Source: an uncultured Eubacteriales bacterium (GTDB lineage: Bacteria > Bacillota > Clostridia > Oscillospirales > Acutalibacteraceae). Taken from it: a stretch of DNA of 57,573 bases. The translations under genes and the position numbers were made by a program. A model generated the notes under the pieces. It was given only the letters and a program-made list of their open reading frames with translations, was not told the origin of the DNA and searched no databases. This document shows positions 27,685-38,020 of this stretch, piece after piece. The stretch is taken from assembly GCA_964369215.1 (NCBI GenBank), contig CAYJEZ010000002.1, positions 1-57,573 on the forward strand, written 5' to 3'. Within the stretch, counting starts at the first letter, position 1, and each line of letters starts with the position of its first letter.

Positions 27685-27773
27685 AATTAAAACTCCTTTT
27701 CTTACAATAACATATTTTTTTATTTGTTGCATATCTTTTATATATGCAGTACATATAAAAGATAGAAATTACT

Positions 27774-27803
27774 AAAAGGGAAGCGGACTAACCTCTTCCC
27801 TTA
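27774..27803 (-). terminator. rho-independent terminator after ftsZ
   Basis: On the minus strand: AAGGGAAG-aggttagtccg-CTTCCCTTTT. Confidence 0.8.
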
Positions 27804-27840
27804 ATGGAAACCAAATGTTGCCCATTTCATTATGTTGTAA

Positions 27841-28959
27841 TCACTTACGATTAAAAATTGACATAATATCTGTAAACGTATCATCATCTGTTGAAGCAGT
27901 TACTGGAGCAACACCTGTATTTGGAATTGAACCAATCATATCTTCAGAACCATTATCTAAAATAGTAGCAGACTTTGTAGCAGGTACAAATTCACCATTC
28001 ATTCCTGGAAAGCCTGTTGCTATAACAGTAATAGCCATCTCGTCTTCCATGGCCTCATCAAATGCAGCACCCCAAATAATATTTGCATCTTCACTAGCGC
28101 GCTCGGTAATTAATTGAGAAGCGGTATCTATCTCGTCAAGAGCGATGTCAGGAGAAGATTTTATGTTAATAATAACTCCCTTTGCACCTGAAATAGCAGT
28201 CTCAAGAAGTGGACTTGAAATAGCTTGCATAGCAGCTTGCTCTGCTTTATCTTTACCATTAGCACGACCTACACCCATGTGAGCGTATCCTGCGTTTTGC
28301 ATAATTGACTTAACATCTTCAAAGTCTAGGTTAACAATACCAGGTAGTTGAATAAGGTCAGATATACTTTGTACACCTTGACGTAAAACGTCATCGGATA
28401 CTAAGAAAGCATTAGCAAGAGTAATTCTTTGCTCGCTAACTAATTTTAGTCTCTCATTAGGAATAACCACCAAAGCGTCAACATGCTCTCTTAAAACAGC
28501 TATGCCTGCCTCTGCTTGCTCCATTCTTCTTTTGCCTTCAAAAGCAAAAGGCTTTGTAACAATACCTACAGTTAATGCACCCATATCTTTAGCAATACCT
28601 GCAATTATCGGAGCCGCACCTGTACCAGTACCGCCACCCATACCAGCGGTAACAAAAACCATGTCAGCACCCTTTAATGCAGCAGTAATTGCATCTCTGC
28701 TCTCTTCAGCAGCTTTTGCACCAACCTCAGGCTTAGAGCCCGCACCTCTACCACCAGTACTCTTCTCTCCTAATTGTATTTTTACAGTACCCTGTGATTT
28801 AGCCAAGGCTTGTTTATCTGTATTCATACATAATAAATCTATATACTTTACACCAGCAGCAACTATTCTGTTAATAGAGTTACCGCCACAGCCACCTACC
28901 CCTACTACTTTAATCGATTGTGGTGCCTCATCCATCAAGTTATCAATCTCAAACGGCAT
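27841..28959 (-). CDS. ftsZ: cell division protein FtsZ
   Basis: The tubulin signature GGGTGTGAAP is present, along with VVGVGGCGGN and NLDFEDV. Confidence 0.97.
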   Translation of the reverse strand: MPFEIDNLMDEAPQSIKVVGVGGCGGNSINRIVAAGVKYIDLLCMNTDKQALAKSQGTVKIQLGEKSTGGRGAGSKPEVGAKAAEESRDAITAALKGADMVFVTAGMGGGTGTGAAPIIAGIAKDMGALTVGIVTKPFAFEGKRRMEQAEAGIAVLREHVDALVVIPNERLKLVSEQRITLANAFLVSDDVLRQGVQSISDLIQLPGIVNLDFEDVKSIMQNAGYAHMGVGRANGKDKAEQAAMQAISSPLLETAISGAKGVIINIKSSPDIALDEIDTASQLITERASEDANIIWGAAFDEAMEDEMAITVIATGFPGMNGEFVPATKSATILDNGSEDMIGSIPNTGVAPVTASTDDDTFTDIMSIFNRK

Positions 28960-29245
28960 AACTACTTCCTCCTATTTTTTTATCCTATATTTTGCAACTT
29001 TTCTTATCACAACTAACATATCTATGCCTACATCATGAAAAAAAGTCTGTATACACATATATGTAAATAAGTAACCGCAGTAAAATAAACCACTTTACAT
29101 ATTTACTCCTATATAATTTAACATTTTTTTTATCTAATTTCAAGTAAAAAAACAATTTTTTTTATTTTTTTTGCTAATATTTACAATTTTGATACATTTA
29201 AGCTAGAATTTTTCTTTCTTTTACTTAATTTGCGCACAAACTTTA

Positions 29246-30007
29246 TTAATTCGACAAATTATTTGATTTATAATAAGCTTGATTTGTTTCTCTGCCTAGG
29301 CTTAAATCCAGTGTACCACTATCGGTTTCGGGTATGTTACCACTTTCTATAACTTGCTTAGCAAATTTTAATTTAAAATCAAGTTCGGTAGCATTTCCAA
29401 GTTCGATAACTATTTTTTCATTACTGGTAATCGATATATTATGTACATCAGATATATCAATGCCTGTAACATTTTCAATTTCACATTCTTCTATTGAAGT
29501 TAATAGCACTGTTAAACTATCATTTTGTTCACTGTTAACTAAACTTATATATCCATCTTTATCTTCAATTTCACCAAAATTAGCTATCACAGCACCTGAT
29601 GCAGGTTTTGCATTTATCTCTAATATTTTGCCACTATCGCTTACATAAACATAAGCACCTTTGTACACTATAGATGCAACTGGAACAGCATCTATGACTT
29701 CTACATTAATAGTAGAAGGTAAGGTTTTACTAATTATAGCATCTTCTATATATGGAAAACCGCCCTCTAACTTCTCTTCAATTTCGTCTATGTCCATAAA
29801 TGCTAAATTTTCACCATATTCAATATTCATAGCTTGAATAATTTCATCTGCAGAATAATACCCTACAGATATTAAATTAATGTTTTCTGCTTTACATAAT
29901 GCAACTAAGCCGGTTGTGCATAGGCTTGCAACAATAAACGCTGCTGCGACACATTTTACTTTAAACCCTGTACTTTGTTTTTTTTGTACTTCTTTTAATT
30001 TAGCCAT
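29246..30007 (-). CDS. ftsQ: cell division protein FtsQ/DivIB-like (POTRA domain)
   Basis: A single TM anchor is followed by a POTRA-like region. The gene lies between murA and ftsZ. The start is ATG 30007, after GGAAGGTGA. Confidence 0.7.
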   Translation of the reverse strand: MAKLKEVQKKQSTGFKVKCVAAAFIVASLCTTGLVALCKAENINLISVGYYSADEIIQAMNIEYGENLAFMDIDEIEEKLEGGFPYIEDAIISKTLPSTINVEVIDAVPVASIVYKGAYVYVSDSGKILEINAKPASGAVIANFGEIEDKDGYISLVNSEQNDSLTVLLTSIEECEIENVTGIDISDVHNISITSNEKIVIELGNATELDFKLKFAKQVIESGNIPETDSGTLDLSLGRETNQAYYKSNNLSN

Positions 30008-30108
30008 ATATTTCACCTTCCTTTCTCTATGCAAACCTTTGTTTGCTAGAGTATTAATGCGTTTAAATATATATTAGACTAATACATTCTCGCAAATAGA
30101 TATCGTTA

Positions 30109-31362
30109 TTATTTTCTTGAAATTATTGCTCCTATAGCAGATAAATTTCTTTCAATATCTTCGTAGCCCCTGTCAATAAACTCTGTACCGCTAACTTTTG
30201 TAACCCCATGAGCCGCAAGCCCAGCAACTACTAAAGACGCTCCGCCTCTTAGCTCTCTCGCCTCTAAGGCAGCCCCCCATAGTTTATCAACGCCCTCTAC
30301 TATAGCTACCTTTCCCTCAACATTTATCTTAGCCCCTAGTCGTGCAAACTCACCTGCATGCTTGTATCTGCTTTCAAAAATTGTCTCTACAAATACGTTT
30401 GTGCCTTTGCATAAGCAAGCCATGGCCATTATAGGAGCTTGGGCATCTGTTGGAAATCCAGGGTATGGCATAGTTCTTATTCTTCCGATGCTTTTTAGCT
30501 GATTTGGCGCTTTTATATAAATATTATCTTTTTCTTCAATTACTTTACAACCAGCCTCCTCAAAAATAGGAAACATAGTTTTCACTCCCATATCAGGGCA
30601 ATTTCTTAGCAAAATATCTCCACCTGTTACTGCAGCAGCACACATATAAGTCGCCGTTACTATTCTATCTGACATTACTGAGTATTCGCAGCCATACAAT
30701 TCTTCTACCCCTTCAATAACTATGCAACTACTTCCTGCACCACTTATTTTTGCTCCGCAAGAGTTTAAGAACCTTGCCAAGTCAACAATTTCAGGCTCTC
30801 TAGCTGCATTTTCCAGTACTGTTTTTCCACTTGCATTAACAGCAGCTAATATAACGTTCTCGGTAGCTCCCACACTTGGAAAACTTAAGTTTATATAGGT
30901 TCCTTTTATCCCAGAGGGTGCACTGCACTGCATTAAACCAGAGCTTTCGTCTATCTCAACGCCCATTCGTTTTAATGCCATTAAGTGTAAGTCAATAGGC
31001 CTTGCCCCTAACTCACAACCACCAGGAAACGAAAGTGTTGCCTCTGCACACCTACCTAAAATAGCCCCCAAAAAGACAATCGAAGACCTCATTTCTCTCA
31101 TTAGGTCATCAGGAATTCTACTACATACTACATTTGTACTGTCAATAACTACAGTATTACCTTCTATTTTACATTTGCAATTTAAGTGCTCCAATATTTT
31201 CACTGCCGCACTTACGTCTGTAAGCCTTGGGCAATTATGTAGTATTGTCTCACCTTTAACTAACACACAAGCAGATAAAATTGGGAGAGCACTGTTTTTT
31301 GCTCCTTGCACTTTAAGTTCACCAGTGAGCTTTTTAGCTCCCTCTATACTTATTACTGCCAT
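30109..31362 (-). CDS. murA: UDP-N-acetylglucosamine 1-carboxyvinyltransferase
   Basis: The N-terminus is ISIEGAKKLTGELKVQGAKNSALPILSA. The catalytic Cys loop reads FPGGCELGARPIDLH. Confidence 0.95.
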   Translation of the reverse strand: MAVISIEGAKKLTGELKVQGAKNSALPILSACVLVKGETILHNCPRLTDVSAAVKILEHLNCKCKIEGNTVVIDSTNVVCSRIPDDLMREMRSSIVFLGAILGRCAEATLSFPGGCELGARPIDLHLMALKRMGVEIDESSGLMQCSAPSGIKGTYINLSFPSVGATENVILAAVNASGKTVLENAAREPEIVDLARFLNSCGAKISGAGSSCIVIEGVEELYGCEYSVMSDRIVTATYMCAAAVTGGDILLRNCPDMGVKTMFPIFEEAGCKVIEEKDNIYIKAPNQLKSIGRIRTMPYPGFPTDAQAPIMAMACLCKGTNVFVETIFESRYKHAGEFARLGAKINVEGKVAIVEGVDKLWGAALEARELRGGASLVVAGLAAHGVTKVSGTEFIDRGYEDIERNLSAIGAIISRK

Positions 31363-31504
31363 ATCGACACCTCACTTTGCATATAATTCTAAATACTTAA
31401 TTTTTAATAATTCATACTAATAAAAGCAAAAAAACAGCTACAATCTGCTTTTATAAATCAAATAAGTATAAGACATAATATGCCATTTAAGGTGTTTTGT
31501 GTTT

Positions 31505-32617
31505 TTAATTAGCCTTTGAGTACGCTGCCTCAATAATAATGTTGTAAATTCTTTCGTTAGCATCATTTATATATAATTTTTCAGCATTTTCTCCCATAAT
31601 TTTAGCTTTGTCTTTTTCTGCTAAAATGCTGTCAACTTTCTCCTCTAATATTTTAAAATTTAAATCTTTTTCTTCAATAATGTCTGCCGCACCTATTTTC
31701 ACTAATGACATTGCATTGTGAAATTGATGATTTTCTGTAACATAAGGCGACGGAATTAAAACAGAAGCTTTTGCTTTTGCTGCAATTTCTGTTATTGATA
31801 TAGCCCCTGCTCTACTTATTACTAGGTCTGCAGCAGCTAAAGAAAGTGGCATGTCTACATATTCTAAAATTCTTATATCTTTATGTTTTGCCTCTTTTAG
31901 CCTTGTCATTTCTTGAGTTATTTTACCATAACCTGTGCCATGAATGTGTTGATATTTGTTGTCGTAATAAGTCCTATTTAAAAGTTCTATCATGGTATTG
32001 TTTATTTTTTCTGCTCCAAGACTCCCGCCCATTGATAAAATTACAGGTCTATCATCAAGGTTAAGTTCTTTTCTTGCACTTAGATATTCCTCTTTAATTA
32101 TCTCTGGCCTAACTGGGTTTCCTGTTATATCAATTCGGACACTGCTGTCAAAATACTTCTTAGCGTCTTCAACAGCTAACATTACACTGTATACATATTT
32201 AGATACCAATTTTGTAGTTATTCCAGGGTAAGCATTAGATTCATGCACTACACAAGGTATCTTCTTTTTTGCTGCCTCTCGAATTACAGGCCCTGTAACA
32301 TAGCCACCTGTTCCAATACATACGTCTGGTTTAAATTCATCAATAATTTTTGAAGCTTGTATTGAAGAACTCACTAATCTTCCTAAAGTTTTAAAGTTTC
32401 TTACTATATTTTTCGGTGTAAGTCTTCTTTGAAAACCTGATATACTTATACATTTTATATCATAACCAGCAGGTGGAACTAATCTTTCTTCAATTCCGCC
32501 TTTGTTTCCTACAAAAAGTATTTCAACATTCGGTTTCTTTTCTTTTAAATATTCAGCTGCAGCTAATGCAGGATTAACATGCCCTGCAGTTCCACCACCT
32601 GTAAATAAAACTCTCAT
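31505..32617 (-). CDS. murG: undecaprenyldiphospho-muramoylpentapeptide beta-N-acetylglucosaminyltransferase
   Basis: The motifs are MRVLFTGGGTAGHVNPALA and TGGYVTGPV. The start at ATG 32617 follows AAAGAGGTG. Confidence 0.92.
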   Translation of the reverse strand: MRVLFTGGGTAGHVNPALAAAEYLKEKKPNVEILFVGNKGGIEERLVPPAGYDIKCISISGFQRRLTPKNIVRNFKTLGRLVSSSIQASKIIDEFKPDVCIGTGGYVTGPVIREAAKKKIPCVVHESNAYPGITTKLVSKYVYSVMLAVEDAKKYFDSSVRIDITGNPVRPEIIKEEYLSARKELNLDDRPVILSMGGSLGAEKINNTMIELLNRTYYDNKYQHIHGTGYGKITQEMTRLKEAKHKDIRILEYVDMPLSLAAADLVISRAGAISITEIAAKAKASVLIPSPYVTENHQFHNAMSLVKIGAADIIEEKDLNFKILEEKVDSILAEKDKAKIMGENAEKLYINDANERIYNIIIEAAYSKAN

Positions 32618-32704
32618 ACTTACACCTCTTTCCATTCTCTTTATTTAAGTTATCTTATCCACATTTAAGATACAACGCCATCACATATACAAAATTTATT
32701 CAAC

Positions 32705-33961
32705 CTAAATTTTCTCAGTATAAGAATTTCTCGATACTGCGAGCAAAACTCCCATTTCTCCTAAGGTAACTAGCAACGCTGTACCTCCATAGCTAAAAAA
32801 CGGTAGACTAATACCTGTATTCGGAAAAGCATTTGTCGCAACACAAATATTGAAAGCTGCTTGTATTCCAACTGTAAATGTCATTCCTAAGCCCAACAGC
32901 ATTCCAAATTTGTCTTTGGCGTTTATAGACACTACTACCCCACGCCAAACAAATGCAATAAATAAACCTATTACAAGCATTGCACCTATAAAACCTAATT
33001 CCTCACATATTATTGAGAAGATAAAGTCATTTTGTGAAGCAGGCAAGTATAAATGCTTTTGCGTTGATTGTCCAAGCCCTACTCCTAACAACTCACCTGA
33101 CCCTATTGCGTAAATAGACTGTACAGTTTGATAAGTGTCTACTATCGGCTCTCCAAATTCATTCAGCGGAGGATTAAATGGGTCTCTCCAACCTTCTATC
33201 CTATCTAAAGTATAAGCAAATACATCACTGTTCAATAATAAAAATATTATCGCAGTACCTGCAATAGCACCAATAATAACAAACCATCTAACTTGAATGC
33301 CACCAACAAACATAATAAGAACTGCAAGAGATGCCATTATTATTGTTCCAGATAAATGCCTCTCTGCTAAAACAAGACCAGTTAAAATACCAGTACAAGC
33401 CATGCAAGGCAACACTGTTAACTTTATTGATGTTATATTTTTTTGATTCTTACTCAAAATATAGGCTAATATAACCACTATGGCAAACTTAGCAAGCTCA
33501 GACGGTTGAAAGCTAATTGGCCCAATGCTTATCCACCTTTGTGCTACACCCTCAGATAATGCAAAGCTATCTATAAGAACTATTCCTAACAGAAGTGTAG
33601 CTACACCAAAAACCAACCAAGCAAACTTATAAAATAAATGATAGTCAATGTAAGACAAAAAAAACATAGCTATTACGCCTACTAAAGCAAACATGGCTTG
33701 GTCTTTTATAAAGTGGTAACTATCTCCATAATCGTAAAAACCTCTTGCAAAGCTAGCAGAAAACAGCATAATAAGCCCCATGCTAAGAAGTGTTAGAATT
33801 AATATAACAAGTGGCAAGTCTACGCCTAATCCCAAAGACATAAATTTATAGCTAAATTTCTTTCTTTTCTTTGTGTTTCTTTCACTTCTTTTTTGTAGTA
33901 TAGCACTACTTTTTTCCACTTTACTTTTCTTATTGTAAGTTACCGCCTTGATTTCAGCCAT
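32705..33961 (-). CDS. ftsW: FtsW/SpoVE (SEDS family) peptidoglycan polymerase
   Basis: The protein is polytopic with SEDS motifs (QPSELAKF, NDFIFSIICEELGFIG, GISLPFFSYGGTA). It sits in the dcw cluster. Confidence 0.9.
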   Translation of the reverse strand: MAEIKAVTYNKKSKVEKSSAILQKRSERNTKKRKKFSYKFMSLGLGVDLPLVILILTLLSMGLIMLFSASFARGFYDYGDSYHFIKDQAMFALVGVIAMFFLSYIDYHLFYKFAWLVFGVATLLLGIVLIDSFALSEGVAQRWISIGPISFQPSELAKFAIVVILAYILSKNQKNITSIKLTVLPCMACTGILTGLVLAERHLSGTIIMASLAVLIMFVGGIQVRWFVIIGAIAGTAIIFLLLNSDVFAYTLDRIEGWRDPFNPPLNEFGEPIVDTYQTVQSIYAIGSGELLGVGLGQSTQKHLYLPASQNDFIFSIICEELGFIGAMLVIGLFIAFVWRGVVVSINAKDKFGMLLGLGMTFTVGIQAAFNICVATNAFPNTGISLPFFSYGGTALLVTLGEMGVLLAVSRNSYTEKI

Positions 33962-33979
33962 GAAAACCTCCTCGAACTT

Positions 33980-34978
33980 TTAACCAAACACCACCAATGT
34001 TACCCCTATAACTCCTCCGATAACAGTGATTAAACCGAAGACAAAACATATCTTCATCTCGCTCCAACCGCTCATCTCAAAATGATGGTGAATGGGTGAC
34101 ATTTTAAACAATCGCTTACCTTTAGTAATTTTAAAATACGACACCTGTAATACAACCGACATAATTTCAATAATATAAATAATTCCAACTGGCACTAGTA
34201 GTATTGGCATGTTTATTCCAAAAGCCAAAGCACATACTACACCACCTAAAAAAAGCGAACCTGTATCTCCCATAAAAACTTTAGCTGGGTTGAAGTTCCA
34301 TACCAAAAAACCTAAACATGCACCAGCTAATGCTAAAGCTAAAATAGATATACCAGCTGAGCCTAATATTGTGGCGCATACCATAAATGTCATAGCCACA
34401 AAAAATGTAACCGTTCCACACATTCCGTCAATTCCATCTGCAAAATTAACGGCATTCACCATACCCACAATCACTACAGCTGCTAACAAATAATAGAAAA
34501 AACCTAAATCAATACGACCTATAAAAGGTATTATTGTATATGTGTCTCCCCCTGCTAAATAAACAGAAAACAAATATGCAGCTGCTACAGTAAATTGAAG
34601 TAGTAGCTTTTGCTTTTCTGTAAGCCCTAAATTTCTTTTCTTTTTAATGCTAATAAAATCATCTAAAAATCCAATAATTCCAAAGGCACATGCCATTAAC
34701 AATCCTGAGATAGTTTTAGTGGTATGTAATATAGTTTCTATACCTGAAAAGTATGCGGATAATACCACACCTACAATTACCGCTATTATCATGGGTATAA
34801 TAAACATTATCCCCCCCATAGTCGGCGTACCTTGTTTTGCTTTATGCCAAGCAGGACCTTCTTCTCTAATAGTTTGCCCAAAGTTTAGTTTTCTTAAAAA
34901 CGGTATTATCCATTTACCAAAAAGTGCGGTTAACGCAAATGCTAAAACAACAGTTATCAATTGTGTATATAAACCCAT
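33980..34978 (-). CDS. mraY: phospho-N-acetylmuramoyl-pentapeptide-transferase
   Basis: The motifs are PTMGGIMFI, NAVNFADGIDG, MGDTGSLFLGG and SPIHHHFE. Confidence 0.95.
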   Translation of the reverse strand: MGLYTQLITVVLAFALTALFGKWIIPFLRKLNFGQTIREEGPAWHKAKQGTPTMGGIMFIIPMIIAVIVGVVLSAYFSGIETILHTTKTISGLLMACAFGIIGFLDDFISIKKKRNLGLTEKQKLLLQFTVAAAYLFSVYLAGGDTYTIIPFIGRIDLGFFYYLLAAVVIVGMVNAVNFADGIDGMCGTVTFFVAMTFMVCATILGSAGISILALALAGACLGFLVWNFNPAKVFMGDTGSLFLGGVVCALAFGINMPILLVPVGIIYIIEIMSVVLQVSYFKITKGKRLFKMSPIHHHFEMSGWSEMKICFVFGLITVIGGVIGVTLVVFG

Positions 34979-35020
34979 AAACTTCTACCTTCCAAAGTAT
35001 TTTCTCCACTCTTAACCTTA

Positions 35021-37270
35021 TTATTCAATTCCGCTATAATCTACTAATGTAATTGTTATAACAGTTCCTGGTTTGACTTTTTCACCCGCAAAAATATTTT
35101 GCCCTTGAGCCTTTATGTCGCCTGATGTTTTTGCACCTGTAAGTATTATTTGTATATTATTGTCTGCTGCTACAGCATTACACTCACTCACTGTCAGCCC
35201 TGTAAAATCAGGAACAACTACTAACTGCTCAGCCTGAACACTCTCATCAGTGTAGAGAACAATCTTTCCACCCTTTGGCATTTCGCTTCCTTCACTAGGC
35301 ACTTGCATGCTAACAATTAAGTTATCATCCGCATCACCAAACACCTCTGCGGTAAGTCCAGAAGCAGCAGCCATATTTTCAGCTTCAGCAACAGTCATAC
35401 CTACTAAGCCTGGCGCTATAGCTCTTGTTTCATTAAACTCTTCTTCTGTAATACTGCTTTGAACACCTAAATATGGTAAAATTTCTTTCATTATATTTGC
35501 AAACACCGGTCCTGCTTGACCTCCACCAGAAGCAGTTTCTCTATCAGGTTCATCAAAAAACAGCAACAATGCATATTCTGGGTTATCAGCTGGAGCAAAC
35601 CCCGCATATGATGCTATGAAATCCATGCCTAGGTCAGGGTTCTCTAAATACTTGGCAACTTTCTCAGAAGTTCCTGTTTTTCCTGCAATTCTATATCCCT
35701 CTACATATCCTGATTTTCCTGAGCCTGTTGTCGCATTTTGCTCTAATATATCAGTAACAGTTTTCGCTGTTTCTTCAGATATTACTTGCCTTTTGCTTTC
35801 TTCTTCGGCTATTTCTATAATGTTTCCTTCATTATCTAACACCTTGCTAACTACATGCGGTTGTACTAAATACCCTCCATTTGCTATAGCTGCCACCGCA
35901 GTTATCATTTGAATAGGCGTAACAGTTATACCTTGACCAAATGATGCCGTTGCAAGCTCAACTGGATTAAGCTCTTCTAAACTATGGTAAGAACCTATCG
36001 CCTCGCCTGGCAAATCAACTCCTGTTTTTTCTGTAAAGCCAAAAGACTCATAATAATTATAAAAAGTCTGCGAACCCATTGCCTCAGCAGTTTGCATGAA
36101 AAACGGGTTGCACGAATTGCACAAACCCTCTACAACCGTTTGAACTCCATGGTTGTATCCATATCTCGAAACCCAACATCTAATAGATTGAACAGAGTTT
36201 GTCGGAGTATACACACCATGGCATGAAAAGGTGGTCTCAATATTAATACTACCACTCTCAAGTGCTGCAGCTGCGGTAACATCCTTAAAAACCGAGCCTG
36301 GCTCATAAGTATCACTAACCGCTTTATTTCTCCATTGTTTGTAAAGCGCGTCTGAATAAGCTGAGTCTCGTTCATTCTCAGGCAATGCATCTATTGTAGC
36401 TTGGGTCTCTTCATTAACCAATGTCCAAGGGTCGTTTAAATCAAATTGCTCGCCTGTTGCAAGTGCAATTATTGCACCTGTGTTCACATTCATTACTATT
36501 GCAGCGCCACTGTTTTTTACATCATATTTTTCAATTCCGTCTGCTAAATATTTTTCGCATATACTTTGAACAGTTTCATCTATTGTAAGAATTAAGTCGT
36601 ACCCATCTTCTGCAGATACCATTTGTTCATATTGAAAAGGCATATCTGTACCTGTTGCATTCTTGGCATTAACAAGTTTTCCTGCAGTCCCAGACAACTC
36701 ATCTTCATATTGCATTTCAATACCATATAAACCATTTCCGTCTGTACCAGTAAAACCAATTACGCTAGAAGCAAGCGTTCCGTAAGGATAATATCTTTTA
36801 TAGTCTTCTAAAATCCTAATACCCCCACCAATATTGTTTTCTTCCATAAACCTAATTATTTCTTCGCCAACGTCATTCTCTACTTTTCTTTTTAAAAATG
36901 TAAAGCTGTTATTCTCTTTTGTTTTGTCATAAATGTCCTCAGCCTCCATCTCAAGTATTGGAGCTAAGCCAGTTGAAACCAACCGTCTCATATCGTCATC
37001 ATCGCCAAAGTAACTAGGTTCAAGAGCTATTGTCCACACACTTGCACTTTGCGCCAAAATTTTAGTGCCTGTAGCATCATAAATAGTACCTCTGTTAGGA
37101 GTTAGTACAGTTGTAGATAAGCTTTGGTTTGTAGTTTTATTTTTAAGCTCTTCTCCTTGAACTAATTGTAGATCAAATAAAAAAGCACTAGCATAAACAA
37201 AAATAGCTACTAAAACGGCAAATGCTATTATTGCTTTCCTTACTGAAGTTTGCTTTTTGCTTTTCGCCAA
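35021..37270 (-). CDS. class B penicillin-binding protein (SpoVD/PBP2B type) with two C-terminal PASTA domains
   Basis: The transpeptidase motifs are SVFK (SxxK), SCN-type and KTGT. Two PASTA repeats are present (GLVGMTVAEAE..., VPDFTGLTVSEC...). I chose TTG 37270, 8 nt after AGGAGG, because the track's GTG 37279 abuts the SD. Confidence 0.9.
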   Translation of the reverse strand: MAKSKKQTSVRKAIIAFAVLVAIFVYASAFLFDLQLVQGEELKNKTTNQSLSTTVLTPNRGTIYDATGTKILAQSASVWTIALEPSYFGDDDDMRRLVSTGLAPILEMEAEDIYDKTKENNSFTFLKRKVENDVGEEIIRFMEENNIGGGIRILEDYKRYYPYGTLASSVIGFTGTDGNGLYGIEMQYEDELSGTAGKLVNAKNATGTDMPFQYEQMVSAEDGYDLILTIDETVQSICEKYLADGIEKYDVKNSGAAIVMNVNTGAIIALATGEQFDLNDPWTLVNEETQATIDALPENERDSAYSDALYKQWRNKAVSDTYEPGSVFKDVTAAAALESGSINIETTFSCHGVYTPTNSVQSIRCWVSRYGYNHGVQTVVEGLCNSCNPFFMQTAEAMGSQTFYNYYESFGFTEKTGVDLPGEAIGSYHSLEELNPVELATASFGQGITVTPIQMITAVAAIANGGYLVQPHVVSKVLDNEGNIIEIAEEESKRQVISEETAKTVTDILEQNATTGSGKSGYVEGYRIAGKTGTSEKVAKYLENPDLGMDFIASYAGFAPADNPEYALLLFFDEPDRETASGGGQAGPVFANIMKEILPYLGVQSSITEEEFNETRAIAPGLVGMTVAEAENMAAASGLTAEVFGDADDNLIVSMQVPSEGSEMPKGGKIVLYTDESVQAEQLVVVPDFTGLTVSECNAVAADNNIQIILTGAKTSGDIKAQGQNIFAGEKVKPGTVITITLVDYSGIE

Positions 37271-37322
37271 ATTCTTCACCCTCCTAAAGAAACAAAAAAT
37301 CGTGTAATAAACTTATCGTGAT

Positions 37323-37351
37323 ATTTTATCTTAAAACAACCATATTGTCAA
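37323..37351 (-). promoter_or_regulatory. sigma-A type promoter upstream of the PBP (spoVD-like) gene
   Basis: On the minus strand: TTGACA-17 nt-TAAAAT. It is embedded in the TGTCAAGT/ACTTGACA inverted repeat. Confidence 0.55.
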
Positions 37352-37448
37352 GTTATTACATACTTGACATAGTTTATTAAGACTCAAATCTCTATATTAT
37401 ATATACTCTTGATTATAACAAGCTATTACATTTGAAATTCATCTCTTA

Positions 37449-37958
37449 TTAAAACCCAAAAAAATTAACTATAGCTAAAAGCAAATTCCCCTCATCTTCA
37501 TTGTGTACTACACCTTTGTTCTCATCTTCTAAATTAATGTATATTATTTGATTAGAATTAACATTATCCATACCAAGCTGGTTTCTTGCATAAAATTCTA
37601 CTTCTGTCGAATCTATTCCATTTGCTACTTGCATTTGCAGTTGAACTTCTTCACTCTTTAGCAGATTGATATCTTGCTGTGCTGTATTAATATCATCTGT
37701 AAGCTCTGTAAGTCTTACTTGTCCATACACTAAAAAAGCTGTTAAAGAAAATATAGCTACAATCGCAGAAATTCTTGCCCAAGCTTTAACTACACTAAAA
37801 TTCTGTCTTCTCGCTTTTCTCAATTGCTTCTCAGTAATCTTTATTAAGTTATCAGGAGCTTTATTAGTAGTTTGATTCTTTCTATTTTGTTCTCTTCTTA
37901 CAGGCTGAATTTTTCTTACTGCATTTCCATCATATAAATCATTGTTTCGTCTTGCCAC
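37449..37958 (-). CDS. ftsL: FtsL-like cell division protein (septum formation initiator family)
   Basis: A basic N-terminus is followed by a single TM segment (ISAIVAIFSLTAFLVYG) and a coiled-coil. The position between rsmH and the PBP is the expected one. Confidence 0.6.
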   Translation of the reverse strand: MARRNNDLYDGNAVRKIQPVRREQNRKNQTTNKAPDNLIKITEKQLRKARRQNFSVVKAWARISAIVAIFSLTAFLVYGQVRLTELTDDINTAQQDINLLKSEEVQLQMQVANGIDSTEVEFYARNQLGMDNVNSNQIIYINLEDENKGVVHNEDEGNLLLAIVNFFGF

Positions 37959-38020
37959 TTTTCATCTTCCTTTCTTTTTTTAATATCTGTAACAATATTA
38001 AATAAGAGCAAGGGTATTGA

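Noticed and set aside
28502-29038. A 178-aa ORF lies on the plus strand opposite ftsZ. Similar long antisense ORFs occur opposite other genes, for example 40981-41388, 54780-55151, 21129-21422, 34647-35015, 40298-40681, 49371-49727 and 27815-28117.
   Set aside because: These are shadow ORFs lying entirely inside strongly supported genes on the other strand. They are low-complexity and Ser/Pro/Ile-rich, and they lack an SD sequence and any recognisable motif.
29124-29172. Four homopolymer tracts (T8, A7, T8, T8) lie upstream of ftsZ, which could indicate slipped-strand phase variation.
   Set aside because: The tracts are intergenic, upstream of an essential gene, and typical of curved AT-rich promoter DNA in low-GC genomes. 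Nothing suggests a contingency locus.
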